A stretch of 64,000 bases of DNA from NCBI RefSeq assembly GCF_009834535.1, contig NC_045697.1, positions 64,358,001-64,422,000 on the forward strand, written 5' to 3'. The first letter of the stretch is position 1; each line of letters starts with the position of its first letter. This DNA is from Camelus ferus (taxonomy: Eukaryota). Of this stretch, positions 27,016-40,130 are shown piece by piece. The notes below the pieces were generated by a model, which had not been told where the DNA came from, made no database searches, and saw nothing but the letters and a program-made list of their open reading frames with translations. A program made the translations under genes and the position numbers.

Positions 27016-28959
27016 CATTTATCTGCCATTATTAATCCAGGTCATCAAAGAACAGTTTGATTATACTCAATACCTCTTGTTTAATAAGTAATAGAAGTAT
27101 GTAATTCACTAAGAATGATATTCATCGAAATAGTTAAAACAGAAAATAATTTGCAGCACTTACCAGGGTAAATGTCAATCATCTGAACATTTCCTTTAGG
27201 TGGAAGAACTCTTCCACTGACAACACCAAATAAATGAGGTGTTTCTACACTTAATTGTCTGCTATGCTTCTGCTTCTGTGCATGTTTTTCATCTCCAACT
27301 AGCATTCCATTATTTGATTCATTTTCAGTCACCAATGAAGATTTGCGTCTATTTTAGAACTCTAAGCATTTAAAAACTCATGGTAATTTGCTTCACACCA
27401 ACATATCTCCAAGTTTTCATTTTAAGATGACATCATTAAAATTGTACAGCATAGTACGTTCTCGGAGTGGCATTAATTTTGGCACAGGCTCGGAAACAGT
27501 TTCATCTCTGCCTGATCTGGAACGGTACTCTGGCCTTGGCTTCATGAAGCCCCTTCTGGCATACCTTTTGTCTTCCTAATAACATTTATCTCAGCCAGGC
27601 TTTCAAGCTACTTAAACCATTCTCTGAGCAGTTTTTGTTTAAATTATCCCCCATTTCATTGTTTAAAACCATGATTAGAGATGATTTGCAATAATAGATA
27701 AAAGGTGATTTTCCTCATAAGCCATCTTTGTCTGTCAATATTTGAAATGGTTCATTTTTATCACTGGAGTTAAACAGCACATAATGACTTTGCTTTGCAA
27801 TTCTGTTATTTTCTTTCCTTCTCTTCATTTGCTGTTCTCCTTCTTTATATTTTAGCTTCAGAACTTATGTATACTGATTTAATCCACCCATACAGGAGAT
27901 GATAACTGAAAAAATAACTTCTGAAGTTAAGGAAAAGATTGGAAAGTGCTAGATATTTTGAGAAGAGGCTTTTAGACTAAATAAATAGATATATAGTTCG
28001 ATTCCTATCACTTTTCTTCAACATTATCCTGGATGCATTTCATTACAACTTGATATTAGCATGTAAAAATATTTTCAATGACAGCAATTGTGTAGCAGAC
28101 TTTTTGAGCAAATTTTATCTACTAAGGACATAACCAAGATTCTGACTGGTGATATTTGGGGGATATACTGATTTACAGTTTTACATGCTGATGTTATTAA
28201 TTTTCCAGAGGTTTGCCATATTCTCTAGTTGTAACTAAATTCAGATAGTAAGCACCTATCTATAGTTTGGGCCATGTGAGGCAGCAGAAAATAGTAAATT
28301 GTTTATGAACTTTTAAGTCAGTGCCTGAGGAGGCACTCCTGCTCCTTCCCTGTCATTAAGCATGAGCAGATTATATTACACTGAAAAGAGCACATCTACT
28401 TCAGCAAGTCCTGGGATAACATTAAGCCAGTGCCAAAGAAACTCCTTGCGTGTTGACATCATTGCTCAGAGTATATAAAAGTACATGGTCAAGGCAACAG
28501 TGCTTAGAATGATCTACTAAATCATTAATAACTGTTAATAGATACTGCTCTAGAATATGGTAGTGATTAACTTGTGATTTGAGGCTGATTTAGGGTTTTG
28601 TTTTGAATTTTTCATCCCTTCAAGTATAGTGTCAAAAATATAGCACATAAACTTGTTAACTCACAAACTTAAAAGTTAAAAACTTTCATCAATATAAACA
28701 GTGCTCCAGAGCAAAGCCCTTTGTCGCTTTGCCAATAGGAGGCAGAAGTCCCATTAGAACAATTTACCCATACTCATTAATTGCACTGATTATGTTTATT
28801 CTCTTTTGTACTTAGTGCTAGTCTGTTTATTAATATTAAACATATCACACTTATATTAAGTGCAAAATAATTAAAACATTGGAAGTGTCTAGTAACATGG
28901 TGTGATGGCAGGTATACACTAAGAGCACCACATCTACCACTGAGTTCTACAGCGATTTT

Positions 28960-31900
28960 CACCTGGTTCTATCCAGTCCAGGAGGCAAATCTTTCCCATT
29001 ATGCCAACAAGGCCCAAGGTGTTCAAGGTCCCTGTTCATGAACATTACAATCAACTTCTAATTATTTTTAAAGAAAATTCTGGTCTTCTTTCAGATATTG
29101 ATGTCTCCCAAGTAGCTTTTAACTATGTTTATTCATGGGCTGAACTGGGATTTTTTTTCTTTCTACTTGACTAAAAGGACTATGTCCATTCCAGATTTAG
29201 CTAATCTGGCAAACCAGCTCTCTCACAATCTAGATGAGTCACCTTAAAGGAAGCTGCAAAAATTCTTAATCTTTAACTCCAGCAAGTAAAGGCTCCTAAA
29301 TAAAACTAAAAAGCTCCTAGTTTCTTCTATTATTGCTAAAAACCTGGACACTGGAAAAGAGATTGTCAGAAGTTTAAGCACTTTAGACTCAGTCCTCTAA
29401 CCAGCCTTTCCAAGGTCCTCCCAATTCTCAGGGATGGGGCTCCAAAGAACTGCAGGGTCTTTCCAAATCCTCCCTTTTAATTGGTTTGGAGAAACATTTC
29501 TCCAGATTGGGGGTGAATCTCTTCCAAACTTGAATAGGACCCATATTCTTGGTGCTCAACCCCACTACTATAAAGCAGCCCTGATTGGAGTCCTGAAACA
29601 GTTCACATAGTGAGGATCCCTAATGAACCTCAAGAGGGTCCTGTCTCTGAACCTACTCCCTCTTGTTTAGGGCCTTTGAGAGGTATACACCCCTTTTCCC
29701 TTAGTTCCTCCACCTTTATCCATTTATTAGGCTGAGACCTCTTTGAGAAGTATCATGCCAAAATTTCTTTCTCCAGAAAGAGGAAAATATTTCTTAAAAT
29801 TGACCGTAGTCATCAAAGTAACCTATTAAGTGAATTAAATGACCCTTTGACATCTTTTATTTTTTATTTGTACTAGAGCTCATTCTGGAAACACTAGTAA
29901 TTTGTGGGGTCTAAACACATCTGGCAGATTCCTGCTTTGAGGGCCCCTCAAGCATCCAGTTACTGCCCTTTAAAGATAACAAAGAATATTCATTTCTTAA
30001 TACACACCTGCCTTAGCTGAACCAACTACTCTAGACAACGATCAACCTTACAATGCCCGGAATCCTGGCCACCAGGACTGGTCACAACCCCCTACCGGAG
30101 TCATGAAGCCCTACCCTTCATGACCCCTTCCCTTCCCTGTTACCTCAACATCAAGCAATCAGAGAATTGTGCATGAGCCAATCACACACCCTGTGGCCCA
30201 CTTTGTGCCTGATGTCATGTCAGAACAAGCAGTAAGAGGTGACCCTCCCTTATAAAAGACCACAGCAACTGACTCGCAGGGCACCAGACACCTCTCGTCT
30301 GTGGCCTGCTCTTGTCTGTAGTAGCGTACCTCATAAATGCCTTTTATATTTTCACCCTTTTATCTCTGGTAAATTCTTTCACCACCTGCATATCAGCCCA
30401 CCAGACCCCACAACACCCACTAAGTGAATTAAATAACCCTGATCATTTGTCCCATTTGAATCAGCTGCAACTTTCCTTATGGGCAAAATCACCAACTGAT
30501 GGCAAAATTCACAGTGCATCTCCCATCTAAATTCAAATAGACCCCTCAAAACCTCTTCCCAGAATCAATCAATACTCTAAAAGTAAAGAAACCCTTCAAG
30601 GCATAAAGACCATAATAGATGATTAAAAGACTCAAGGCCTCATTATCCATTGTATTAGCTCCTATAACACTCCCATTTTATGGATGAGAAAAACCTAAGG
30701 GCTGACAGTGGAGATTTGTCCAGGATCTACAAACAATAAACAACACTGTTACAACTGGACACCCTGCTGTTCCTAACCCTCATGCATTACTAGCACCCAT
30801 TTCACCAGAAGTAAATTCTTTACTGTAGTTGATTTACACAGTGCATTCCAGTTGATGAAGCTATTCACTACCATTTTACCTTCACTTGGAAAGAAAAACA
30901 ATTTACCTGGACAGTAACCTCAGGGTTATACTGAGATTCCTTACTTCACGCAAATCCTGACGGCTAATCTAGATGTTATAAACTTCCCTAGAGTTTCTAC
31001 CTTGTTGCAACATGTGGATGGCTTGCTTCTTTGCTCCCCTTTTCAAACCCCCTCACATGAAGACAGCATCCACCTACTAAAGCTTTTAACCTTAAAGGGA
31101 CATAAAACTGCCAGAGAAAAAATGCAGTTTGCCCAGTATTTAGGTTCAATATTTAGGGCATCTGATAGCAGAACAAGGGATACACCCGGATCCAGACAGA
31201 CTTCACGAGTCCTAAGTTTCCCCAGACCCACAGCTAAGTGCCAGTTGTGAGGTTTTGTCAGGCTAGTTGTTTATTGCTGAAATTAAATTCCAAATTTCTA
31301 AGGCCAAACCTGTATATGTTTTACTCAACAATAACAACCCTGACCCAATTTCATGGAAGGAACAACATAGCCTTCAAGGCTGTAAAGGAGAGTTTGAGGA
31401 ACCCATCTGCCCTTGGGCATCCCAATTATCAGATTTACTTTTTTCCTTTTTGTATATGAAAAGAAAAGAAATGCTGTTGGAGTTCTCACCCCAAAACATG
31501 GGGACCACCATTGACCCACAGGGTATTATAGCCAGCGTCTAGACCCTGTGGCATGGGGATACTCCCCTTGGAGCCATTATGGCCACTGCCCTTTTGGTTA
31601 AAGCCACCAAAAAAAATCATTATGGGATCCCTTTTGGCCACTTTTATACTTCATGCAGTAAAGGCTTTCCTGAATTCTCATCACACTCTGCACTTTCCAG
31701 GCAGCAGTCTCACCTCCTAAGAGGTCCTGTAGTTAACTGATCCTCACATAGCTCTTTCACATTGTAATAACCTTAGCCTGGCTGCCCTTCTCCCTTTCCT
31801 CACTGATGCAGTCCCTCGCGACTGCTTAATGCTGACAGACCACTCCTGACTCCTTGTGATGATCAACGGAAAATTCCATTGGGTAACATTGACTTCTCAC

Positions 31901-32730
31901 GGTTCACTGATGGTTCTTATTTAAAAGGTGACGACGGCAAATACTGTGCTGGGGATGCTGTTACAACTCCTTGTGATGTTGTTGAGGCAGCATCGTTCTA
32001 TGGCCACTTCAGCCCAACAGGCTAAGTTATACTCTCTTACAGAGTCTTGTACTTTAAAGACAAACCTGTCAATATTCATACTGAAAGTACATGTGCTTTC
32101 AAAGTAGTCATGATTTTGAAATGTTGTAGAAGCAATGTGGCTTCCTTACTTCCAGTGGAAAAACAATTTAAAATGGCCCCTATGTTCAGGAATTACTGAA
32201 TGCAATACTTTTCCCTGCTGCTTTAGCTATTATTAAGAATCTGAGGCATTCTAAACTTGATTCTCTGGAAGCTAAGGGAAATCACTTTGCTGATATTTCC
32301 ATAAGGAATGTTCCCCTAAAGGGACCAATAGCAGCCCAAGCCTTTGTCATGGTCCAAAGGGATATTTCCCCAAAAGATAATTTAGAAAAACTGGCTAGAG
32401 AAGCCCAATAATTGGCCTCAGAAAAGGAAAAAAAATAAATATTGGAAATTCAACAACTGTTGGTTTTATAAAAAGAGAAAGCTCTGATTTAGATCAACTA
32501 ACAACTCAGTCCTACTGAGACTCTAAAATTCCCACTCCTCACCATGCATTAAACCTTTGGTCTACTGACAAAATGACAGCTTTCATGAATCAGTGTTGGT
32601 GGACAAACATTTACAAGGCTGCAAAAAGTGCAGCCTTGTCACACTTGCCCAAAGTACAACCCAGGGAAACCTGTCTGTACTGCTCCCAGACATTTTAAAC
32701 TGCCTAATGGACAATTTTGAGCTCTGGCAT
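28960..32730 (+). mobile_element. Decayed class I (gamma-like) ERV gag-pro-pol, truncated in integrase
   Basis: Gag zinc knuckle F-YY-C*KPGHWKRDC at 29325-29366. Protease HLLG*DLFEKYHAKISFS at ~29720-29775. RT motifs YNTPI, WRFVQDL, FFTVVDL, PQGY and LLQHVDGLLLCS (31002-). RNase H motifs FTDGS and SAQQA, plus GNHFAD. Integrase N-terminal CPKYNPGKP at ~32645. Confidence 0.93.
29903..30415 (+). mobile_element. ERV1-type LTR located between protease and RT
   Basis: TG...CA ends, CCAAT at 30178, TATAAAA at 30251, variant poly(A) signal CATAAA at 30332, U5-like CTGGTAAATTCTTTCACCACC. Confidence 0.8.
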
Positions 32731-32764
32731 AGCTTGTATCACCATTTGACAAATCATTTTTAAA

Positions 32765-32915
32765 TCTGTTTATTTTCTGTTTCCTCCTTCTACTGTCCAC
32801 ATTGGAATGGATGCTCTATTGAGGGCAGGGACTTTGATTTGTTCATGGCAGAATAATATTCTAGATTAGTACCTGGCACATTGTAAGGCCTCAATAAATA
32901 TTTATTAAATGAGTA
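32765..32915 (+). mobile_element. L2 3' end
   Basis: GAGGGCAGGGACTTTG...GTACCTGGCACATTGTAAGGCCTCAATAAATATTTATTAAATGA. Confidence 0.85.
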
Positions 32916-33674
32916 GATACATTATTCTGTGGAGAGAAGATTAGTCCCTACTTCAAAGCTATGAGCCTCATATTAATTCATAAGAAGATATATTTGTTTT
33001 GATTCCTTTTATTTTGTTTTACTGAATTGAATGCCATATGCAAGGAAATATGAGGACGACTTAAACCAGTGATCTTATCCCTCCAAATATCAATCTTAGC
33101 TTTAGTATTACAGGTAAATTATTTATCTTTTGCAGATTATATAAACACTCCACCCCCTTCTTCTTCCTGTCCTATCCCCACCACATTTACAGAAACACAG
33201 AGCCCATCATATTTTTTGTAGGGACCTGCAATGAATAATGAGATAGAGAAGAGAATACTGCAGAGAAAGAGCAAACGTAAGTGTCTGGGGTTTTCCTTCC
33301 CTTTCAAGTTCTTTCACTTACTAACCCCCAGCATGCTCATTGTGAAGGGCATCATATTCCATCCCCTTTAACATTGTCCTGAAGACTCTTCCTTTAATTA
33401 TGCATTGGGAAATGTTCCTGGAGCACAAAAGGGTTGGGAAATACTATGGTACCCTCTATCTGGTTCTCTTTACCATTTCTGGGACTCCTGTTTAGAGTGT
33501 GCTGCTGCTGTTGGTGTGCAAGAGTTAGATTGCAAAATTCTTGTGTTTGACGGAACATTTCCCTGACCATATTGCTAAGGCAGGCATAGTTCTACTGTTG
33601 AAGGAGCAAAGGGAAAAATGGAGAAATAGTAGCATTTATATTGAGGCCAAGAATCACTCTGGTCTGCCTGCCAG

Positions 33675-33981
33675 GTTTAAACAGATCTCAGCAGAGCTAC
33701 AGCAGCACTGACAACATCATGCATGCCTGTTGGGTCTGGTGATCAAGGAGGGATTTGTTCTGCTTCATTAAAAAATTTTCCCAGGGAATGTGGCAGCAGT
33801 TGGCTCCACTGGTGGTGGAATTTCCAACTGTGAAGCCATGGATCTGCAGAGGCAGAGCGAGTCAACTCTTGCTTATCTGGTGCTCCGGGTGGGAGAAAGG
33901 GGGCAAAGGTGGGCCACTTCCTTCCCAAGAAGGCTCTTCCTTTTGGTGTACAGCAGCTTGCTCTACTTCCCTAAGGTGAGG
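33675..33981 (+). other. Candidate promoter/first exon of an unidentified transcript
   Basis: Unique GC-richer island with TTTAAA at ~33676, GCCATGG at 33835-33841, and donor AAG|GTGAGG after 33975. No gene recognised. Confidence 0.35.
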
Positions 33982-35849
33982 AAAATCAAGCCGTTGATAT
34001 TTCTGCCCCCAGTGCCTTCTGTTATGCCCGTGTGGCTAGCTGGCATCAATCTGCCTCCTACAGAAAACAAGACTAAAAAAAAAAGACTAAAGTGGTTCTT
34101 CTGTTAAAACTACCTGTTTTCCTCTCTATTTTATTTAACTTGTTAGACTCTTCATTTCAGCCTTACTTCTCATGATGTGGATAAATTTCAATTTACCTAA
34201 GAGTGATTTCAAGGTCATTAAAATTACTGTTTTGAAGGCCACAAACCTGCACTGTCAAATTTGTAGTTATGAAAGAGTCCACCTTTAACCTTTATAATAG
34301 ATATTCCACAAAATCTATAATGGCATATAGTAGAGAGGAGAGGCTTTATTCAGCTTTATCTTTGAAAAGCAATAATCGCGGCTAGCATTGTTGAATTCCA
34401 TCATGAGAGATATTTTTCTAAGAGTAGGTGATTCTAGTAATTTAACTAAGGCTCATATTGAGAATTAAAGATTAAGTAAATGCAGTGTAATATATTATAA
34501 AATATTTTTTGTTATTCTAATCATATAATCTGAGTGTACATTTACCAAAAAAAAAAGGCACATCACCATTCTCAGATATGGCATCTATATTTCCACAAGC
34601 ATTTCAATGTAGAAATATATATATATACATATGCAACTGAATACCTAGCATCATTCTGGCAACCAAAAAAGCCATATGCATGTACTATTGAAATTAGAAA
34701 ATTAGATTTTAACCTCTAATGTATTTTTAAACATAGCTAACACATAAGAAACCAGCTGGGCTTATTATAGGTCCAGAGCCTTCCGAATTAAACAGTGTGT
34801 ACTAAAAAAAGAATCTAATCATGCAGAGACAGGTTTTTTTCCTTTAACCTTATTCAGTAATATTTGATTTCCAACAAATACAGACTGCCAGCTGTTAACA
34901 TCCTCTTACTGCAAAATGAGGATAAGAATTTAATGCCAGTGGTTTTATATTTATGACTGTTGCCCATAAATTACACACTGGTTATGGTTGAGTATTTGTT
35001 TGGATTTTTTTCCCACTTGAAATTTATTTGACAAACTGTCTAATTTCTTGTGAAACAGCATTAGTTGTTACCTTGAGAAACTAGTTGGTTTGTTCAAACA
35101 CCCTTTGGTATCTCTATAAGCAACTAGGCAAAACTAGAATTGGGACGTTAGGATAGGAAAGTATCTACAGCTCTTCAAACATACCATCTTACTTCATTCT
35201 GGTCAAATCTATACCAGGAAATTTTGAGACACAAACAGGGAGGCATTTTTTAAAGTTAATTATCAGAGTTCTAGTGCATTTTCTATAATTCAGATAAATA
35301 AAAAGAGAGTGCTATTGTTAATTAATTTGAGACAACAGTTTAAAACAAGAACTGACTTTGAGGGGGAAGGGAATAGTCACCTTAGACTAACTCAAAGATG
35401 TTATAAGTTATAAGCCTATAAATTTCTTAAGTGGCAGAAATCTGTTATATTTTGTGTAGTGATAAGATTTATCACCCTAATTAAAAAAGAGAAAGAAACA
35501 ATTGAACCAGCAGCAACAACTGCCTACTTCTCTGGGTGGACCTTAAGAATACAAAAAAATAGATATGAGATAATTCCACTGTCTCATTTAATCTTGGAAA
35601 GGATGGGACAAAGTACACCTGAGTTTAATCTGAACAAAAAATACAGACTTATGAGATTTGAAGGCACTACTGAATTATTATCTGTGTAAACCATTTTTAT
35701 TACTTTTTGATGGACTCTAAAAATCTTACATAAATTTCATCTTAATAAGAAAACTTTAGCAGTATAATTGTAAAATACAGCATGATAGTTTAAGAGAATG
35801 GATCTTAATGCATACCAGACTTAGGTATATATCAGACTTACAATATATC

Positions 35850-36376
35850 AAAGCATTTAGGGAAAACAGACCACATCAGTCAACACTCATTCAGAGCCAC
35901 TATAAATGATGTAGAATAAAAGATGTGTAAAGTGATGCTACCTTACACGATTGTAGGAGCTGGTATTGAGGGTGAAGTCCCTGGACAGACAATCAGAAGG
36001 GAATGTAGGGGGGAAGTAGTGACATATGAAGACCTCAAGGAACAAACTAAGACTTGTATCCGCCTCTCTTTGGAATCCACGATGTTCTCTAGTGGTGCTC
36101 TCACCCCACTCGCACCAGGATTTGGGGAAGTTCAAGGAAGAAATCTGGGAGTTGGCGATGAGGAACTCAGTTGTTGCCCAAATCAACAAGCTGAGCTAGT
36201 AGATCCAGTAACACATGTATGATTTACTTCAACCCTCCAAATATAAGCATGGCCAATGCTTCAAATCTCCCACATATTTGACTTGTGATCGATCTTAGCC
36301 AGAAACATTCTAGGAGGAGAGTTCTGGGAAAACACAGTTCAGCTTAGCCAAAATGACACATTAGAAGACACCACAA
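35850..36376 (-). mobile_element. ERVL solo LTR (MLT2E/F-like)
   Basis: CCTTACACGATTGTAGGAGCTGG and terminal TTCTGGGAAAACACAGTTCAGCTTAGCCAAAATGACACATT...CACCACA. Confidence 0.7.
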
Positions 36377-37929
36377 AATAGAAATCTCAACAAAAGCTGC
36401 AACTCTCTAAATGAACTTTCACCTTAAAAGTCCTCATGCCCTATCCTGCCTGATTCCTTTCTTATCTTAGAGACTTGGAACCTATTATGAGGTTCAGATC
36501 ACAGTTCTGGGTTCAAATAGCCCTTTGGATCATGAGTACCTTATATTATAATTTAATTCAAAGGTTTGTATTGGCCCTTGGGGGGTTCAAAATCACCAAG
36601 TGAGAAGGTTCAATATTTCCTTACTTACTAACTATAGTCTTTGCTGAAAAAAAAACTCACTTTCTGTCTTTTTTTCTTGGTGAATCAAGATTCAAATGAA
36701 TGTGTTTGCTGGTGTTTTTATGAGAAAAAATTAAAAAGCATAGAAGCCCATTTATTATATTACAAATATATTACCTTTAACCTCTTTCCTTTCCTTTCCT
36801 TTAATATTAACCAAGGACCACTAGCTTTTTTTTTTTTTCCTAATGGTGCTTAGTTTTTATTCCCTACCACAAAGAAAAGAAAAAGACAAAAACTAGAGAA
36901 TCTTTCTAAACACAGTCTACTAATCGGGCCTAACTATATCATACTTTTCTCTCATAAGGAGCCAAATTTATCTCCATTCTGAAGGAGACCAACATCTTTC
37001 AGCAAATGCATTCTCATCCCTTCCTAATTTCCAGTAAGGTCTTCACTGCAGGTCTGCTGTTTTAACGAAACTCCAGATTAGATTGCTTCACTGATTGAAC
37101 TGTATAGACTTCTAAACAAGTGAAACAAAGAACGATTTGCTCAGCGAGAATCAGCATAGGGAGAGCAAGTGATCTCTTCTTTCCTTCTCTCCTGGTAGCA
37201 GCCAACATTTGGGGCTATTAATGTGGATAGTTCTGCTGAGCAGCATGTGCCCAAGACAGAAAGTCCGTGCCAACTAGGCAGGATGAGCTGACCCACCACT
37301 CCCATTAGGCTCAAATGGCTTTCTACCAAGACACTGTTATAACTGAGCTGAGATCCTTTCCAAGGTCATGTCATACTGTTGACACACTTGGAAAAGAGAT
37401 TTGGAACACTTGAATTTGTTCAGTCTACTCTCATTAAAAAGACAAGGCAGGTAGCAAAGGTGAATTCACATCAAGGTTACTAACTAAACTTAACTTATAG
37501 TAAGACATGAAAATCCTACTTCCTTTTTCTAATAAGCAATTTGAGACAAAAGAATTCTGCAATTAATATTAAGTGAAAAATATTACAGATCCTAGAAAAC
37601 TTTCCCAAGGGGCTAACCTATAACCTTTGCCTCAAGAAATTCCTGCCAGTGTTATCCTAGATACCCACAAATGCACAGACATACTGCAGAGGCTGAATCA
37701 GGTTAGAAGGGAAGTTAGAAGGGAAGTTTCATGGAATTTTTGTTTTTAATGAATAGAAAAACCTGTGGTAGTATACAATTCAGAAATTAACGTTCTCCTT
37801 GTACTAATAATTGATTCAAATAAAATAAGACAGATTTATGGTAACTTCTGAAAAAATAGAGAGTTATATAATAACTTTATAAAAATATATTCTGGAAATG
37901 ATTGATTTTTATGTCATCATTATATGTGC

Positions 37930-38660
37930 ATTACAAAGGAAGGCATTTTTCTAGAATCTTATCTATTTTTGTTGTATCTTTGGTTGGACATTTTTTATTC
38001 CCAATGTTTTCTTCTGTTGTACATCTTTTCCCTCTCTTTTATGTATCAATATTTCTTCACTCCATTTTGATAGCACTTTGAATGAATTTTATCTCTTAGA
38101 ATATATTTTTTCCTTTTTTGCCAATGCAGAAGGCCTCCTCTATTTTAGTGCACTTCAAGGTCTGCTATTATGTGACAATTTCCTTTCCCTCTTTTTCTCT
38201 ATTTCCAACATATAAGACAGCCATTCTGGCACAGATATAAAATTAGTTTTGCTCAATGGATTTCTTGTCATGCATGTGCACAAAGCATCATTTACCTTCA
38301 ATTTAGATTTTTGTTTTCCTCTGGTGACTCATTTTGCTGCATCTGTGTTTATTCTATAACCTGTGGATGAGGCATGTTTCTCTGACTGAGAGCTGGCTGA
38401 GCATTTGCTGTTGGCTGCCATGTGTTAGCAGTTCCTGAATGCAGTTCAGGGGTGCTCTACCTTCTGCATCAGATATTACTGCTTTTTATACATTTCCTAT
38501 GTGGTGATCATCTTAGACTCTGTTTGTTCATCTTAGGGATTTGTTGTTGCTGTTGTTGACTTACTTAGTATATCAAAGATGCTTTTGTTATATTTCTTGA
38601 TGGCAAAGAAATACAAGTCTAACTGATGCTGGTCATCTATGTCAGAAACTTAGTTACAGT
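37930..38660 (-). mobile_element. Possible very old L1/HAL1 fragment
   Basis: T-rich antisense L1-like composition only. Confidence 0.3.
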
Positions 38661-39421
38661 TGATGCTTTGCCCCAGTTCAAATGCTAAATGTGATCAACA
38701 ATACTTAGTTTTCTGTCTTTTCTAAAATTTACTGTGAACATCTTTCTCACATAACAATGCAAACCCATTGGAGCCAAAAGCTTTTTCATAGACAGTTCAT
38801 AGGCTATTGCTTAAAAAACATGTTTGTCATGCATAGACTGGTACTCAAATATGTTTCTAAATGACTAGATTGTTTGCTCTGTTTTATAATTAGTGCTTTT
38901 TTAATACTTCTTAAGACATGGGTCTTGCTTTCTGAATGTATTTGGTTAAGGTGTGGGCTAAGTAGCAGGAGGGGAAATCAGCTTATGCATGCAATAAAAG
39001 TTTGCACAGGAAAAAGTTGACCAATTTTGGTGTTTGCTTAATTCTCATGTTTCTTATGTTAGGGAAAGCAAAGATATTTCAAGGTAATTAGATTTAATTT
39101 TTGTATTTAAGCACAGATAGTTACTAAACAAGACCTTTTGTATACATAGATGGAGATTTGCTATCCATTCATGTGGACTGTTTAACAAATAACTCCCTTT
39201 TTTGGCAAAGCTATTTGGTTCAGAAATAAAACCACCACCAACTATCCATTCCTTGGAAATACCTACAACTACAATTATAGGGAAGTAGAATCGTTTGAAC
39301 CATGAAACTGCAGAATTGATCTAGTCCTACTGTGATCCCTATTCCAATTTTAAGGTTTAGCCATCCTGTTATATGAACATTTTTTTAAATCCTACTGTAT
39401 CAGAACCATGGTCATTTTATC

Positions 39422-40130
39422 TGTATTAGGTAATGCTAACCACTACACTGAACAGACCCACAAAAGTCCACAATGACTTAAATATTTTATCAGTTTCCTA
39501 GGGCTGCTGTAGTAAAGAACTACAAACTGAATGGTTTAAAACAAAATTTATCCTATCACAGTTCTGGAGGCTAAAATTTCAAAATCAAGATGTTGGTAGA
39601 ACCGTGCTTCCTCCAAAGCATCGAGGGGAGGATCCTTCCTTGACTCTTCCAGCTTCTGGTAGCTCTAGGCATTCCTTAGCTTGTGGCAGCTTAACTTCAG
39701 TCCCTGCTTCCATGTTCACATGGCCATCTTCCCTCTGTGTTTGTCTGTCTGCCTACACATGAGGTCCTCTCTGAGTGTCTGTGCCTATGCCCAAATTCCC
39801 CACTTTTATAAGGACACCAGTCACATCGGATTAAGGTCCACCATACTCCAGTACACCTTATCTTAAAATAACATCTGTAACAACTCTATTTCTACATTGG
39901 TCACATTCTGAGCTATTGGGAGTTATGTCAGACATCCAGAAGGGATAAAGGACAGAGAGGAACAAGAGTGGAATTTTTGTTAGGCTAGATTGGAAACAGC
40001 ACCGTTAGCTCCAGCTCATTGGCCGTTGGCTAGACTGATAAAGAAGCATAGTTAATGTGGTCTAGCTGTGTGTCCAAGAAGAAAAGAAGAATATGGATTT
40101 TTCTGAACTAAAAGGAATCCCTGCTATTCC
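39422..40130 (-). mobile_element. Old MLT1 LTR (K/L-like) split by a younger MLT1
   Basis: TTAGGTAATGCTA...AACAGACCC before the insert; AATGTGGTCTAGCTGTGTGTCCAAGAAGAAAAG after it. Confidence 0.55.
39486..39926 (-). mobile_element. MLT1B/C-like MaLR LTR
   Basis: AGTTTCCTAGGGCTGCTGTA...CACAGTTCTGGAGGCTA...CTCTTCCAGCTTCTGGT...TTATAAGGACACCAGTCA...GGTCACATTCTGAG. Confidence 0.88.

Noticed and set aside
31002..31542. ORFs within ERV pol as a possible domesticated gene
   Set aside because: Short, frameshifted, and the catalytic YxDD motif is mutated to HVDG.
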